A stretch of 64,000 nt of DNA, taken from NCBI GenBank assembly GCA_964247055.1, contig OZ176054.1, positions 7,192,001 to 7,256,000 of the forward strand, written 5' to 3'. The first letter of the stretch is position 1. Each line of letters starts with the position of its first letter. The stretch comes from Paragordius varius. Taxonomy: Eukaryota > Animalia > Nematomorpha. Under the pieces are notes generated by a model. That model had not been told where the DNA came from. It worked only from the letters and a program-made list of their open reading frames with translations, and ran no database searches. Positions 63,081 to 64,000 of this stretch are shown here, in pieces. The position numbers were made by a program, and so were the translations under genes.

Positions 63081-64000
63081 GTAAACTTATATAGAAAAAT
63101 ATGAAAATACACTTAAGAACATACATTATAAAAACTGCTAAGACCCATAATGTAATAGTTTCTGTCATGCCCACTTAACATACTAATTTTCTACTTAATC
63201 AACGATTAAAAAATAATATATATTATGGTGTATAATAAGATATAAAAAAACAGTAACCTCCATATTCAAAAATCTACCGATTTTAAAGCTATTATTTATA
63301 AATTACACGAAGAACTGGAAAACAGCTTAAAAACTATAACAAGATTTTTAGAAAGTTTTAACAAAAAACGATTCTATACATAAATTATATCATATACTAA
63401 ATATTTATAAATTTTGATTGAAGCTTTTGCGATAATTATAACGTGGAAATTTAGTATTTTATAAAAAAATATTAATAAAGCTTTATTGAATGTTTTAACT
63501 TATTTTCCATAATTTTATTATAAATATGTGATAGAAATAAGCCCTTTACTTGACTGCATATAATCATCTGTTTGGCACATTTGGTTTTTATCCATATTTC
63601 CCTCCATTTTTATGGATTATAAAGCCCATATATCACTCTTTCTTAAAATCTGATCCCAAAACTCGCAAATTATCAAATTTTATATTATATTGTGCGGCAA
63701 AAATGGGGATCAAAAATGTTGCATTGATGAATTCTATAACATTCTAGAGCTAATCGGGATATTGAATATAAAAAATTAATAAGGTTAACAATGTGGAAAA
63801 CAGTTAATTTATTTCTGCTATTAGCCAAAAGCAAAAAATCGCATCGCTTATTAGGTCGAATAAAATTAAATACAATGGAGAAAAACGCATCAACGAAATT
63901 TTATTTTTAATATATGCCAGTATAATATTAAATGCAAAATATTATCGATAAAGATTTTACAATTTTTTTGAGGGTCCTTGATGTACAGGTATTAAAGCTA

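Overview
Very AT-rich animal (probably protostome) nuclear DNA with spliceosomal introns. There is no sign of prokaryotic operons, rRNA, tRNA or CRISPR, and the unspliced ORF track hides most of the gene structure. Five genes can be built by hand: (1) a two-exon Asn-rich orphan on the minus strand (3294-4668); (2) a RYBP/YAF2 Polycomb gene (22609-28485), stretched to about 1091 aa by a single 3063-nt exon; (3) a coiled-coil gene, possibly MAD1-like (32457 to at least 37178); (4) a calcitonin-type neuropeptide precursor on the minus strand (39672-41421); (5) the 5' part of a ryanodine receptor gene (44640 to beyond the window end). The most unusual feature is the intron-size split: many GT-AG introns of only 21-35 nt, fixed by RyR homology, occur in the same genes as introns of 0.1-2.5 kb that carry transposons. 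The first 22 kb are mostly mobile DNA: a non-autonomous Helitron family with a variable internal tandem array, a mariner relic, a four-level nested hAT/Helitron structure, TTAA-type MITEs and hAT MITEs. An RTE LINE fragment and a possible Gypsy relic lie inside introns. All homology calls come from motifs I recognised by eye; no database search was run.
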